A stretch of DNA of 51,028 nucleotides from an uncultured Acidimicrobiia bacterium (lineage in GTDB: Bacteria; Actinomycetota; Acidimicrobiia; Spongiisociales; UBA4744), in contig CAZQMF010000006.1 in NCBI GenBank assembly GCA_964594235.1, positions 1 to 51,028 of the forward strand, in the 5' to 3' direction. The notes beneath the pieces are model-generated. The model did no database searches, had not been told where the DNA came from, and saw only the letters and a program-made list of their open reading frames with translations. The translations under genes and the position numbers were made by a program. Below are positions 37,501 to 44,793 of this stretch, piece by piece (position 1 is the stretch's first letter; each line of letters begins with the position of its first letter).

Positions 37501-38099
37501 GGTTCGAGAAGGAGATGCTCGGGTTGTTCATCTCGGACCATCCGCTCCTGGGGATCGAGCACCTTCTCAACCGTGTGGTCAGCTCCACGATCCCCGACCT
37601 GTGGGACATGCAGGACACATCGACGGTGACCGTCGGAGGTCTCGTGGGGTCGATCAATCGCCGGTTCACACGCAAAGGTGAACCGATGGTGTTCTTCGAG
37701 CTCGAAGACCTCGAGGGGTCGGTGGAGGTCGTTGCGTTCCCCAAGGTCGTGTCACTGGCGGGACCGATGATCCGGGAGGACGCCGTCGTCGTCGTGACGG
37801 GGCACCTGGACCATCGCGGCGACGACATCAAGGTGATCGCCCGTGAGATCTCCGAGCCCGAGCTCCGTTCCGACCAGGTCGTGCGGCTCCGGGTACCGGC
37901 GCTCCAGATCTCACCAGATCTGGTGACTCGCCTCCAGCAGGTGCTCGCGAATCATCCCGGGTCGGCGCCGGTGTTCCTCGAGATGACGTCTGACAGCGAA
38001 CCGAAGGTGTGGAAGCTCTCGGACGAGTACCGGGTCGAGCCTCGAAGCGCACTCTACGCAGAGCTCAGGGAGCTGCTGGGGGCCAAAGCGGTCACGTAG
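34596..38099 (+). CDS. dnaE: DNA polymerase III alpha subunit
   Basis: HLHLHTEFSMLDG PHP domain, GPGRGSAAGS, PDIDMDF, KMDFLGL, YGFNKPHSAAY; 1167 aa, no intein apparent. Confidence 0.97.
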   Translation: MDGFAHLHLHTEFSMLDGAARVHDVVRAAREDGQPAVAITDHGVLYGVVDFYQAARKEGIKPIIGVEAYVTPGSRFDRPPRNKNIRYHLTLLAENETGYRNLMKLVSRSYLEGYYYKPRMDFDLLAEYSEGIIAGSGCLGGEVAQMLAPDASQEEGNQGQVRDFDAALTAAARYQEIFGRDNFFIELQDHGIEAQRRVLPDLVDVARRIGAPLLATNDSHYTRRQEADAHDVLLCIQTGATINEPNRLKFQGQEFYLKTSQEMRSLFPDDLYPGATDNTLLVAERANVELRFGEILLPHFPVPEGTTEASYLQDLVYEGARSRYGDPLPVEVVDRIEHELRTVREMGFPAYFLIVWDLIRYARENAIRVGPGRGSAAGSIISYCLHITDMDPIRYGLIFERFLNPGRREMPDIDMDFDERYRSDVIKYAAERYGSDHVAQIITFSTIKGRQALRDSARVLGFTYGFGDRIAKMMPPAILGVEASLTQCLEDPGKGADPALRDFYSNGAQLRAVYQQEEDARKVIDTARGLEGLRRQDSIHAAAVVISPEPLWNLVPLQQKGEGAEIVTQYEMNGVQDLGLLKMDFLGLRNLSTIERSLELIEQSTGERIDIDSVPLDDEATFEMIRAADTIGVFQLEGSAMRALIRALQPESFDDIIAVNALFRPGPMGVNMHYEYADRKNGRKPVEYPHPATQPFLESTYGIIVFQEQVMQVAQALAGYTMAEADNFRKAMGKKVKSIMAKERSKFVAGCAGQGHTEQLGKELWDAIEPFAGYGFNKPHSAAYGFVAYQTAWLKAHYPAEYLAALLTSTKRDKDRTSLYLSECRMQGIEVVVPDINRSELDFSVRDGRIVFGMSAVRNVGEGVVERILDARREGGEFKDFIDFVDRVDVSVLNRRTIESLIKAGAFDSLGVTRRGLILSYEQILDATVTRRRNEEMGQYSLFGGASSPVEVAQPDIPNLEWDKKVRLGFEKEMLGLFISDHPLLGIEHLLNRVVSSTIPDLWDMQDTSTVTVGGLVGSINRRFTRKGEPMVFFELEDLEGSVEVVAFPKVVSLAGPMIREDAVVVVTGHLDHRGDDIKVIAREISEPELRSDQVVRLRVPALQISPDLVTRLQQVLANHPGSAPVFLEMTSDSEPKVWKLSDEYRVEPRSALYAELRELLGAKAVT

Positions 38100-38102
38100 G
38101 TC

Positions 38103-38207
38103 GACCTTCGGTCGCCGGTCTGAGTTCTGGGTTGTGGGTTCTGAGTAGGACACATGCTCCGAGAAGTGTCAGAGGTCGCGTTCCTACTGATGATTGATGG
38201 CCGAAGG
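38103..38207. repeat. Heptamer-array element with inverted arms, copy D
   Basis: CCTTCGGTCG...AGTTCTG-GGTTGTG-GGTTCTG-AGTAGGA pairs with TCCTACT...GATGGCCGAAGG; immediately after the dnaE TAG. Confidence 0.75.
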
Positions 38208-38212
38208 GCTAC

Positions 38213-38295
38213 GTTGGGGGGAACGGCCCCCTCCGGCGTCGAGCATCAGCTCGACGCCACCTCCCCCAACACTCGCTTCGCTCGCGAGGGGAGGA
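38213..38295. repeat. REP/RIME-like nested palindrome
   Basis: Perfect 10-bp stem GGCGTCGAGC-ATCA-GCTCGACGCC flanked by GTTGGGGG/CCCCCAAC, then CTCGCTTCGCTCGCGAGGGGAGGA. Confidence 0.65.
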
Positions 38296-38315
38296 AACGG
38301 GCGGGTGAAGCCCTC

Positions 38316-39323
38316 TCAGGTGAAGAGCCGATCGAGGTCCAGACCGACTGCCGAGTCGATCATGAGCTCGAGTTTCTCCAGATCGCTTGGTGTCTGGGGT
38401 TGCCAGGGGATCGTTGCCGGTTCGACATGCCACCTGGCCGAGAACCGGTGGCGGGCTTCCGCCTGGCGGTGGGCTTCCGTTCCCCAACGAACGAGGTTGT
38501 CTCCGAACGGTGAGGGGGCAGCGGACGTGGGGTGATACCACGACTCCGGGAGGACGCGGTTGAAAACGACGAACTCGGGTGGCCCGTTCTCGAGTTCGAA
38601 GAACTTGGCGGCCTCACTGAGCGGCGCGGGGTCGGCAGTTGTGACGACGACTTTGTGGGCGGTGGAGAGATGACGTTCGATCTCGCGACTGCGCTCGGCG
38701 ATGCCGTCGTAGGCAGCCCGCAAGTCGATGAGGAAGTCGGCGACGGCCTCGAGCAGCTCGGATCCGAGCGCTGCATCGGCGATCCGCAGGGCAGGGCGCG
38801 CCGTGAACCGATACACGAGTCTGCGTCCAGGCAGTGAGCCGCCGGTGAGCCATTTGAGGAGTCGGCCACCGATCAGGGAACGCATTCGAGCAGGAGATGT
38901 GAAGAACTCGATGCCGCCTGCAGACGGGGGAGTGTCGACCAGAATCACATCCCACTGGCCGCTCTCGATGTGAATCGTCATCTCCTCCGCCGCGGCGAAC
39001 GACTGCGAGGCGGGGAAGTGCTGAGTGGCGGCTTCGAAGAACGGATTGGCCGTCAGTCTCGGCCCTACGTCGGGTGGCGCGTACCGTGTTGCGATGTCAT
39101 TCCACGATCGGGTTGCGTCCAGCATCGCCCCCCACAGGTTGTCGGCGAGGGGGGTGGGGTCCGAACCTAACCCATCCAGTCCGAGCGCCGATGCCAGCCG
39201 CTTCGCAGGGTCGATCGTCACCACCAGTGTTGTGAGCCCCCTGCCGGCTGCCGCCAGGGCCAGACCGGCCGACAGTGTCGTCTTGCCGACGCCGCCACCC
39301 CCGGTGATCAGCACGGCGCTCAC
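38316..39323 (-). CDS. ArsA/GET3-family ATPase (BagB/Rv3680-like subunit)
   Basis: ITGGGGVGKTT, VTIDPAKRLASALG, VDTPP; GTG at 39323 overlaps the upstream stop. Confidence 0.87.
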   Translation of the reverse strand: MSAVLITGGGGVGKTTLSAGLALAAAGRGLTTLVVTIDPAKRLASALGLDGLGSDPTPLADNLWGAMLDATRSWNDIATRYAPPDVGPRLTANPFFEAATQHFPASQSFAAAEEMTIHIESGQWDVILVDTPPSAGGIEFFTSPARMRSLIGGRLLKWLTGGSLPGRRLVYRFTARPALRIADAALGSELLEAVADFLIDLRAAYDGIAERSREIERHLSTAHKVVVTTADPAPLSEAAKFFELENGPPEFVVFNRVLPESWYHPTSAAPSPFGDNLVRWGTEAHRQAEARHRFSARWHVEPATIPWQPQTPSDLEKLELMIDSAVGLDLDRLFT

Positions 39324-40168
39324 GGCATCCCCCAAAGATCGGCCATCCGGGCCGCCACCTCGGGAGGGGTGTGCAGACCGAAGAAGTAGGGGACTCGCGG
39401 ACCGTCGGGGAGGCGGGCTATCCAGCGCTCCTGCTCGTCGAAGAGCGCATTGTGCAGCAGTGCAGCCTGCTTCGCCGGCCCATCGCTCAAGCCGTCGACG
39501 TCGCCGTCGAGTGGATCCAGCGTGCGGTTCACGATGACGTTCTCGACGCCGATGAGGTTCTCTTCATCGATGGCCGCGAGGCTCTCGATCGTTTCGGTCA
39601 CCGGAAGCTCCTCTGCCGTCGTGACTACGGTCAAGCCGGTCGTGGATCTGTCCCTCAGGAGTCGAATCATCCAACCTGTTTGATCGAGCACCCTTCCCGC
39701 TCCAACGAGCCGCGCCACCGTGGTGGGCGCACGAAGGTGTGAGCCGATTTGGCCCGTGGGCGGTCCATCAGCCACGACGAGGTCCCAGGTGCCTTTCTTG
39801 GTCTCGTAGAGAACCTTGCCGATCGTGATGACTTCACGGATCCCCGGAGCCGTGGAAGCAAGGGCGTCGAACGCGCGCGCAAGCGGTCCGAGCTGCGCGA
39901 TCCGCGGCACGCCGAGCTGTACCCGGAGGTACTCGTTGAGTGCTTCGGGGCGTTCGATGACCATCGCATCGAGTCCCGATTTGATGTGTGTCGGTCGGTA
40001 GCGCAGGTGCTCTATGCCGAGGTGCATTGCGAGACCGGTGTCGTCGGTCATCGCCATCGCAAGCACACGTTTGCCATCGAACGCAGCCCTCAGCGCGAGT
40101 GCAGCGGTCACCGCGGACTTACCGACTCCACCCTTGCCGGTGACGATGAGCAACCGCTTGTCGACCAC
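39320..40168 (-). CDS. ArsA/GET3-family ATPase (BagA/Rv3679-like subunit)
   Basis: IVTGKGGVGKS, APGIREVITIGK, DGPPTGQ, EELPVTET; TACCCT-N6-GTG start. Confidence 0.87.
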   Translation of the reverse strand: MVDKRLLIVTGKGGVGKSAVTAALALRAAFDGKRVLAMAMTDDTGLAMHLGIEHLRYRPTHIKSGLDAMVIERPEALNEYLRVQLGVPRIAQLGPLARAFDALASTAPGIREVITIGKVLYETKKGTWDLVVADGPPTGQIGSHLRAPTTVARLVGAGRVLDQTGWMIRLLRDRSTTGLTVVTTAEELPVTETIESLAAIDEENLIGVENVIVNRTLDPLDGDVDGLSDGPAKQAALLHNALFDEQERWIARLPDGPRVPYFFGLHTPPEVAARMADLWGMP

Positions 40169-40243
40169 CTGACAAGGGTAGCGGCGGTACCGGTAGCCTC
40201 TTCCGTCGGGCCGCACGGTACCCTCGCGTCCAAGGAGGTTCGC

Positions 40244-40456
40244 ATGGCCGAGTTCGACGTCGACGAGTTCATCAACCGATTCCAGGAGCGGGCGCGCGCC
40301 GTCAAGGCGAGAGGTCTCCCGCCCGTGGCCGGTCCGGAGCGTGCTGCACTGATCGCACAGGCAGAGCGTGACTACATGGACTTCGCACTGGTGGGGGCGG
40401 CGTCGTGGACGGTCGACGGCAACTCACTGGTGTTGACAATCCCCTTGAAGCCTTAG
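40244..40456 (+). CDS. Small hypothetical protein (70 aa)
   Basis: AAGGAGG SD; MAEFDVDEFINRFQERARAVKARGLPPVAG...LVLTIPLKP. Confidence 0.75.
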   Translation: MAEFDVDEFINRFQERARAVKARGLPPVAGPERAALIAQAERDYMDFALVGAASWTVDGNSLVLTIPLKP

Positions 40457-40586
40457 GCTCACTTCGCTCGCCGTTGTCGGTTGTGAGTTCTCGGTTCTCG
40501 GGGAGACAGCGGTCCGGGCCGTTCGCGGAGTCCGATCGAGCCTCCTACTGAAAACCGAGAACCGAAGACCGAGAACTGGCGGAGCC
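40457..40586. repeat. Heptamer-array element with inverted arms, copy E
   Basis: GCTCACTTCGCTCGC-CGTTGTC-GGTTGTG-AGTTCTC-GGTTCTC-GGGGAGA ... TCCTACT-GAAAACC-GAGAACC-GAAGACC-GAGAACT-GGCGGAGCC; fills the gap between two convergent TAG stops. Confidence 0.85.
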
Positions 40587-42194
40587 CTAGGTGTTTCGCC
40601 GCCTCTGTTCTGCCCGCCGTTCGCTCTCGAGGCGTTCGAGATCGGTACTCGAGTAGTCGACGTACGACATGGCGTCTGCGATGAGGTGATGCCCGGCCAC
40701 GTCCCGAATCTGTCGGTGCATCTCCTGGGCTACTCTCCGATACCCGACGTGACCGGCGGGCTGGCTCCGCAGCTCGATGAGATGGAATGCCTCTCTGGCG
40801 TTCATCTCCATGACGAAGCGGATCTTGTAGCCGAAGGGAACGACGTACTGGGCGACGGTCGATGACGTCGCAGCCTCGACATCGCTATGGAACGAGGCAG
40901 CTCGAGACATGGCCCGTTCCCAATCTGTTGCCAGATTCGTCTCGACGAGGTCGTCGGGGACGTCGTATCCGTGGGTGGTGGTGAGTTCCTGCCAGTCGAT
41001 GGTCAGCATCCTGTGGCGTTGGAGGTCGCGGAAGGCTCCGTAGTCGCACAGCACGTCGAACCGGTAGGCGGGACGTTCCATCGCCCGCCCGGGACGGTGA
41101 CGACGGTTGGTCCTGTCGCCCACCAGTGCCTCGATCACCGTCGCCCGTTCCTGCCTGGACATCGCTCGTGCGATCTCGAGCAGCGTCGAGTCGGCAAGCT
41201 TTGTGTGCGGGTACAGGGCAGCGGCGACGAGTTTCACTTCGGCGTCGGGATCCCAGTCGGTCAGAGTGACGAGCGGCAGCTTGTCCGTGCTCACCGCGAT
41301 CCGGTCGGCGATCTGTCCCACTGCTCGTCGAGTGTTTGCGAGGTACGTGCTCCATGCCACACCGCGGTCATCGACATCGACCCGCTTGAGGAACGACGGG
41401 ATCACTTTCCGCAGTTCGGAGAGCATCAACGCTCCGTACTCGCGTACTTCTTCAAGCGGGTGCGCCTGCATCCTCAACAGCGCCATTTCGTACGCCTGCC
41501 CGGAGGCGAAGATTCCGACGTTGGAGAGTGTCGATGCGGGAAGGAGACCCCGTGCCGTGTCGCACGCCTTCGCTCTGATAGTGGCTTTCCAGACCCGTTC
41601 GGGATCGTCCCCTCGTGGGAATCGATCCGCATACACGTCGGTCATCGTCCGAACCACTTTCGAGTACGTGTCGAACAGCAGATCCATGGTGGCTCGATGG
41701 CGCCGGCCCAGGCCGGCCCTTTCGATCTCCGGCGGGGTCATGTATCGGTAGCGGTCGCCGAACCTGCTGTCGTAGTAGATGTACCGGGTGGACTGTTCGA
41801 GGTAGGAGGCGAGCCGACCCCACTCCAGGACCTTCGTCAGTACGTTGGAGGCCTGCTCGCACGCGATGTGCGCACCACCGAGTTGGGCAACCGAGTCGTC
41901 GCCGAACTCGAAGAACACCCGGTCGTACAGCTTTTCCGCTCTTCTCAGGCTGTACAGCGGATCACCTTGGATGCGCTGCGCGATCGTTTCGATGCCCGTG
42001 TCCGCTTCGTTGAGGAACTCATCAAGGAAGAGTCGCCGAAGCGACTTGCCGCTTCTGCTGTAGCGTGCGAAGAGTGCTCCTTTGACGACCTCGGGGAGGT
42101 TCAGGAGCGTGAAGACCGGCTTGTCGACGTTGCTGAAGAATCGCGAGAGCACCCGGGTCTCGTCGTCGGTGAACGGCTCTCGGTAGAACTCCAC
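40587..42194 (-). CDS. thyX: FAD-dependent thymidylate synthase, tandem two-domain type
   Basis: ALFARYSRS, FGDDSVAQLG, SYLEQSTRY, RGLLP (domain 1); FRDLQRHR, MNAREAFHLIELRSQPAGH (domain 2); TACAAT-N7-GTG start. Confidence 0.88.
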   Translation of the reverse strand: MEFYREPFTDDETRVLSRFFSNVDKPVFTLLNLPEVVKGALFARYSRSGKSLRRLFLDEFLNEADTGIETIAQRIQGDPLYSLRRAEKLYDRVFFEFGDDSVAQLGGAHIACEQASNVLTKVLEWGRLASYLEQSTRYIYYDSRFGDRYRYMTPPEIERAGLGRRHRATMDLLFDTYSKVVRTMTDVYADRFPRGDDPERVWKATIRAKACDTARGLLPASTLSNVGIFASGQAYEMALLRMQAHPLEEVREYGALMLSELRKVIPSFLKRVDVDDRGVAWSTYLANTRRAVGQIADRIAVSTDKLPLVTLTDWDPDAEVKLVAAALYPHTKLADSTLLEIARAMSRQERATVIEALVGDRTNRRHRPGRAMERPAYRFDVLCDYGAFRDLQRHRMLTIDWQELTTTHGYDVPDDLVETNLATDWERAMSRAASFHSDVEAATSSTVAQYVVPFGYKIRFVMEMNAREAFHLIELRSQPAGHVGYRRVAQEMHRQIRDVAGHHLIADAMSYVDYSSTDLERLESERRAEQRRRNT

Positions 42195-42242
42195 CGGCCG
42201 GATTGTACCGGGAGCCATTCTGCGGGCGGGTACCCTATCGGC

Positions 42243-42539
42243 ATGGTCTGGCTTCGTGCGCTCATGGCCCTGCTGCTCGCCGCGGTTCTTGTTGTCGCGG
42301 TCGTGCCACTCGTCGTTCTCTTCAACTTGTCGGGCGGTGGGACCGGGTACGGTGTCTGCCCTCACGGGCTGGCGTCGTGCGAGGTGAGCTACACGCGAGG
42401 GCTTGAATTGCTGCTGGTTCTGATCGTCTTCCTATTCCTGCTGCTTGCTGCGATCCGTGTCGTGGCACGAGGCATGCGGCACATTCGAAGAGAACAAGAG
42501 CTGGACGAGGCGGTCCGCAGGCTCAATGGGCAGGCGTGA
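42243..42539 (+). CDS. Small two-TM membrane protein with a Cys pair in the loop
   Basis: MVWLRALMALLL...GTGYGVCPHGLASC...LLLVLIVFLFLLLAAIR; TACCCT-N6-ATG. Confidence 0.72.
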   Translation: MVWLRALMALLLAAVLVVAVVPLVVLFNLSGGGTGYGVCPHGLASCEVSYTRGLELLLVLIVFLFLLLAAIRVVARGMRHIRREQELDEAVRRLNGQA

Positions 42540-43413
42540 TAGCTTCGGCGGCCGGGATCGTGTCCATTTCACTCGTGCGAGCCAACACGAGGTAGATACC
42601 TGCCAGGATCAGCGCAGCGCCCGTCCACTGTTTCGCATCGAGTCGCTCCGCGAGGAGTAGCGCTGCGAGAAGCGTCGCCGAGACGGGCTCCAAGGTCAGG
42701 ACGACGGCCGTTCGGGCTGGTCCGATCACCGTCTGTGACCACACCTGCATGAGGAAGGCTCCCGCGGTCACGATGAGTCCCGTCATCAACAGCGCGGGTA
42801 TGACATCGATGGTGGGCAGGGGGATACCTTCGGTGATCCATGACAGGGAAGTCGCGAGGACGGCGGTGACGAGGAGCTGGACCGCCGTGAAAGGAACGAC
42901 AGGGTGGCGGGCAGCAACCCGCGAGAGGACCACGATGTGGGCGGCGAACGCCACCGCACACCCAACGGTGAGCAGGTCTCCCGCATCGAATCTGACTCCT
43001 TCGCGGATCGTCAGGAGGGCGAGCCCGACGAACGCAACGCCGGTTCCTGACACCGCCCACCCGGAGAGCTTCGTGCGAGCGACGACGGCGGCGATGATCG
43101 GCGTGAACACCACGTACAGGCCGGTGATGAGTCCCGAATTGGCCGCGCTCGTCAACGCCAGTCCCTCCGTCTGGAACGCGTACCCGGCGAACAGCAGTGT
43201 CCCGGCGATCACCCCGTCTCGCCAGACCGACCGACCCCGTGGAAACGCCAGGGCGAAGAGTGCGACGGAGCCGATCAAGAACCTCCAACCGACGAACGCG
43301 AGCGGCGGTATGAGTGTGACCGCCTGCTTGACGACCACGAACGTCGCACCGAACAGACACGCAGCCACGACCAGGGCGAGGTAGGCGAGGGTCCGGCGCC
43401 GTTCGGGGGGCAT
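42523..43413 (-). CDS. EamA/DMT family transporter
   Basis: About 10 TM; FGATFVVVK, RFLIG, FQTEGL, GDLL, LEPV; start coupled to the xpt stop. Confidence 0.9.
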   Translation of the reverse strand: MPPERRRTLAYLALVVAACLFGATFVVVKQAVTLIPPLAFVGWRFLIGSVALFALAFPRGRSVWRDGVIAGTLLFAGYAFQTEGLALTSAANSGLITGLYVVFTPIIAAVVARTKLSGWAVSGTGVAFVGLALLTIREGVRFDAGDLLTVGCAVAFAAHIVVLSRVAARHPVVPFTAVQLLVTAVLATSLSWITEGIPLPTIDVIPALLMTGLIVTAGAFLMQVWSQTVIGPARTAVVLTLEPVSATLLAALLLAERLDAKQWTGAALILAGIYLVLARTSEMDTIPAAEAITPAH

Positions 43414-43976
43414 CAGTCGACGAATTCGATGGTGTCGTTGTCGAGCGAGCCGATTCTGACGATCGACAGGATCGGCCACCCGTGCCTCGTGAGGAGGTCC
43501 CGTCCGCCGAAGGACACTTTCTCTATCACGAACCCCGCCGCAACGACGACGCCACCGGCATCCTCGACGATCTCGCCGAGTGCTTCAGCGGTCCTGCCGC
43601 GCGCAAGGAAGTCGTCTACCACGGCAACCCGCGCGCCCGCGTCGAGAAGATGGTCCGCTACCTCGACTCGATACTCCATTCCCTTCGTTGGTGACGACAC
43701 GGTTCGGCCGTACGAGTTCGGGCGAGGGTCACCGACGAACTTCTTTGCGTAGATGAACGGCAGTCGCATCTGTGAGGCGGCTGCCATCGCCGGGGGTATG
43801 CCGCTGGCTTCCGCCGTGAGCACCAGGTCCGGCCGGTAGGGGATCAGATGCGTTGCCAGAGCCGCCCCGATCCCGCTCATCACGGTCGTGTCGACCTTGT
43901 GGTTGAGAAAGGTGTCGACCATGAGCAGGTCGCCTTTGATGCGCCCTTGCTCCCTGATGACGGCTCGCAGATTCAT
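43413..43976 (-). CDS. xpt: Xanthine phosphoribosyltransferase
   Basis: VDTFLNHKVD, LTAEASGI, PRPP loop VVDDFLARG, IEK. Confidence 0.85.
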   Translation of the reverse strand: MNLRAVIREQGRIKGDLLMVDTFLNHKVDTTVMSGIGAALATHLIPYRPDLVLTAEASGIPPAMAAASQMRLPFIYAKKFVGDPRPNSYGRTVSSPTKGMEYRVEVADHLLDAGARVAVVDDFLARGRTAEALGEIVEDAGGVVVAAGFVIEKVSFGGRDLLTRHGWPILSIVRIGSLDNDTIEFVD

Positions 43977-44019
43977 GTCGGGCGATAGTAGCTATCGGAG
44001 CCACCGCTACGATCGCCCC

Positions 44020-44649
44020 GTGGACGAACGAGCACTCGACATCCTGCACCGACTCGAACGCCGCTATCCGTCGATAGGAACGGCGCTCCGTTACCACGAT
44101 CCTTGGCAGCTGCTCGTCGCGACGGTGCTCTCGGCTCAGACCACCGACGACACGGTCAACAAAGTCACCCCTGTGCTGTTCCGGACCTATCCCACGGCCG
44201 AGGATCTCGCGAACGCAAACCCGGAGGATGTCGAGAAGATCGTGTTCACGACCGGGTTCTTCAGGCAGAAGACCAAGGCGATCATCGGGCTGTCCCAGGC
44301 GCTGGCGGAACGATTCGGAGGTGTGGTGCCCTCGGACCTGGAAGAGCTGGTGACGCTGCCGGGTGTCGGCCGCAAGACAGCCAGCGTCGTGCTGGCAGAG
44401 GCCTTCGGTGTGCCTGCCATCGCCGTCGACACACACGTCAAGCGGCTATCGAACCGGTTGGGGTTCACCACCCAGAAGGACCCCACCAAGATCGAACAGG
44501 ACCTGAAAGATCTGTTTCCCGAGTCGTCGTGGGGTGGGCTGTCGATGCGGCTCATCCAGTACGGCCGCGACGTCTGCATGGCGAAACGACCCAACTGCCC
44601 CGAATGCGAACTCGCCGACGTGTGCCCCTTCCCAGATAAAACGGAGTAG
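44020..44649 (+). CDS. nth: Endonuclease III
   Basis: LLVATVLSAQTTD, LPGVGRKTA (HhH), VDTHV, C-X6-C-X2-C-X5-C; TACGAT-N6-GTG. Confidence 0.95.
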   Translation: MDERALDILHRLERRYPSIGTALRYHDPWQLLVATVLSAQTTDDTVNKVTPVLFRTYPTAEDLANANPEDVEKIVFTTGFFRQKTKAIIGLSQALAERFGGVVPSDLEELVTLPGVGRKTASVVLAEAFGVPAIAVDTHVKRLSNRLGFTTQKDPTKIEQDLKDLFPESSWGGLSMRLIQYGRDVCMAKRPNCPECELADVCPFPDKTE

Positions 44650-44775
44650 GCGGCCTTTGCCCGCCGTTGTCGGTTTTCGGTCGTGAGTTTTCGGTAGAAC
44701 CTTCGCCCTGCGGTCTTGCGCCGCGTTCGGCCGCGAACTGATAACTCAGAACCGAAAACCGCGAGTGCAGCTCGC
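44650..44775. repeat. Heptamer-array element with inverted arms, copy F
   Basis: CGTTGTC-GGTTTTC-GGTCGTG-AGTTTTC-GGTAGAA ... GATAACT-CAGAACC-GAAAACC-GCGAGTGCAGCTCGC. Confidence 0.82.
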
Positions 44776-44793
44776 TGGCTACGCTCCCGGCTC

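Noticed and set aside
34596-38099. Intein in dnaE
   Set aside because: Length is normal and no splicing motifs or insertion are evident
40887-42539. 550-aa plus-strand ORF
   Set aside because: Antisense shadow of thyX; only the final 98 aa from 42243 look like a gene
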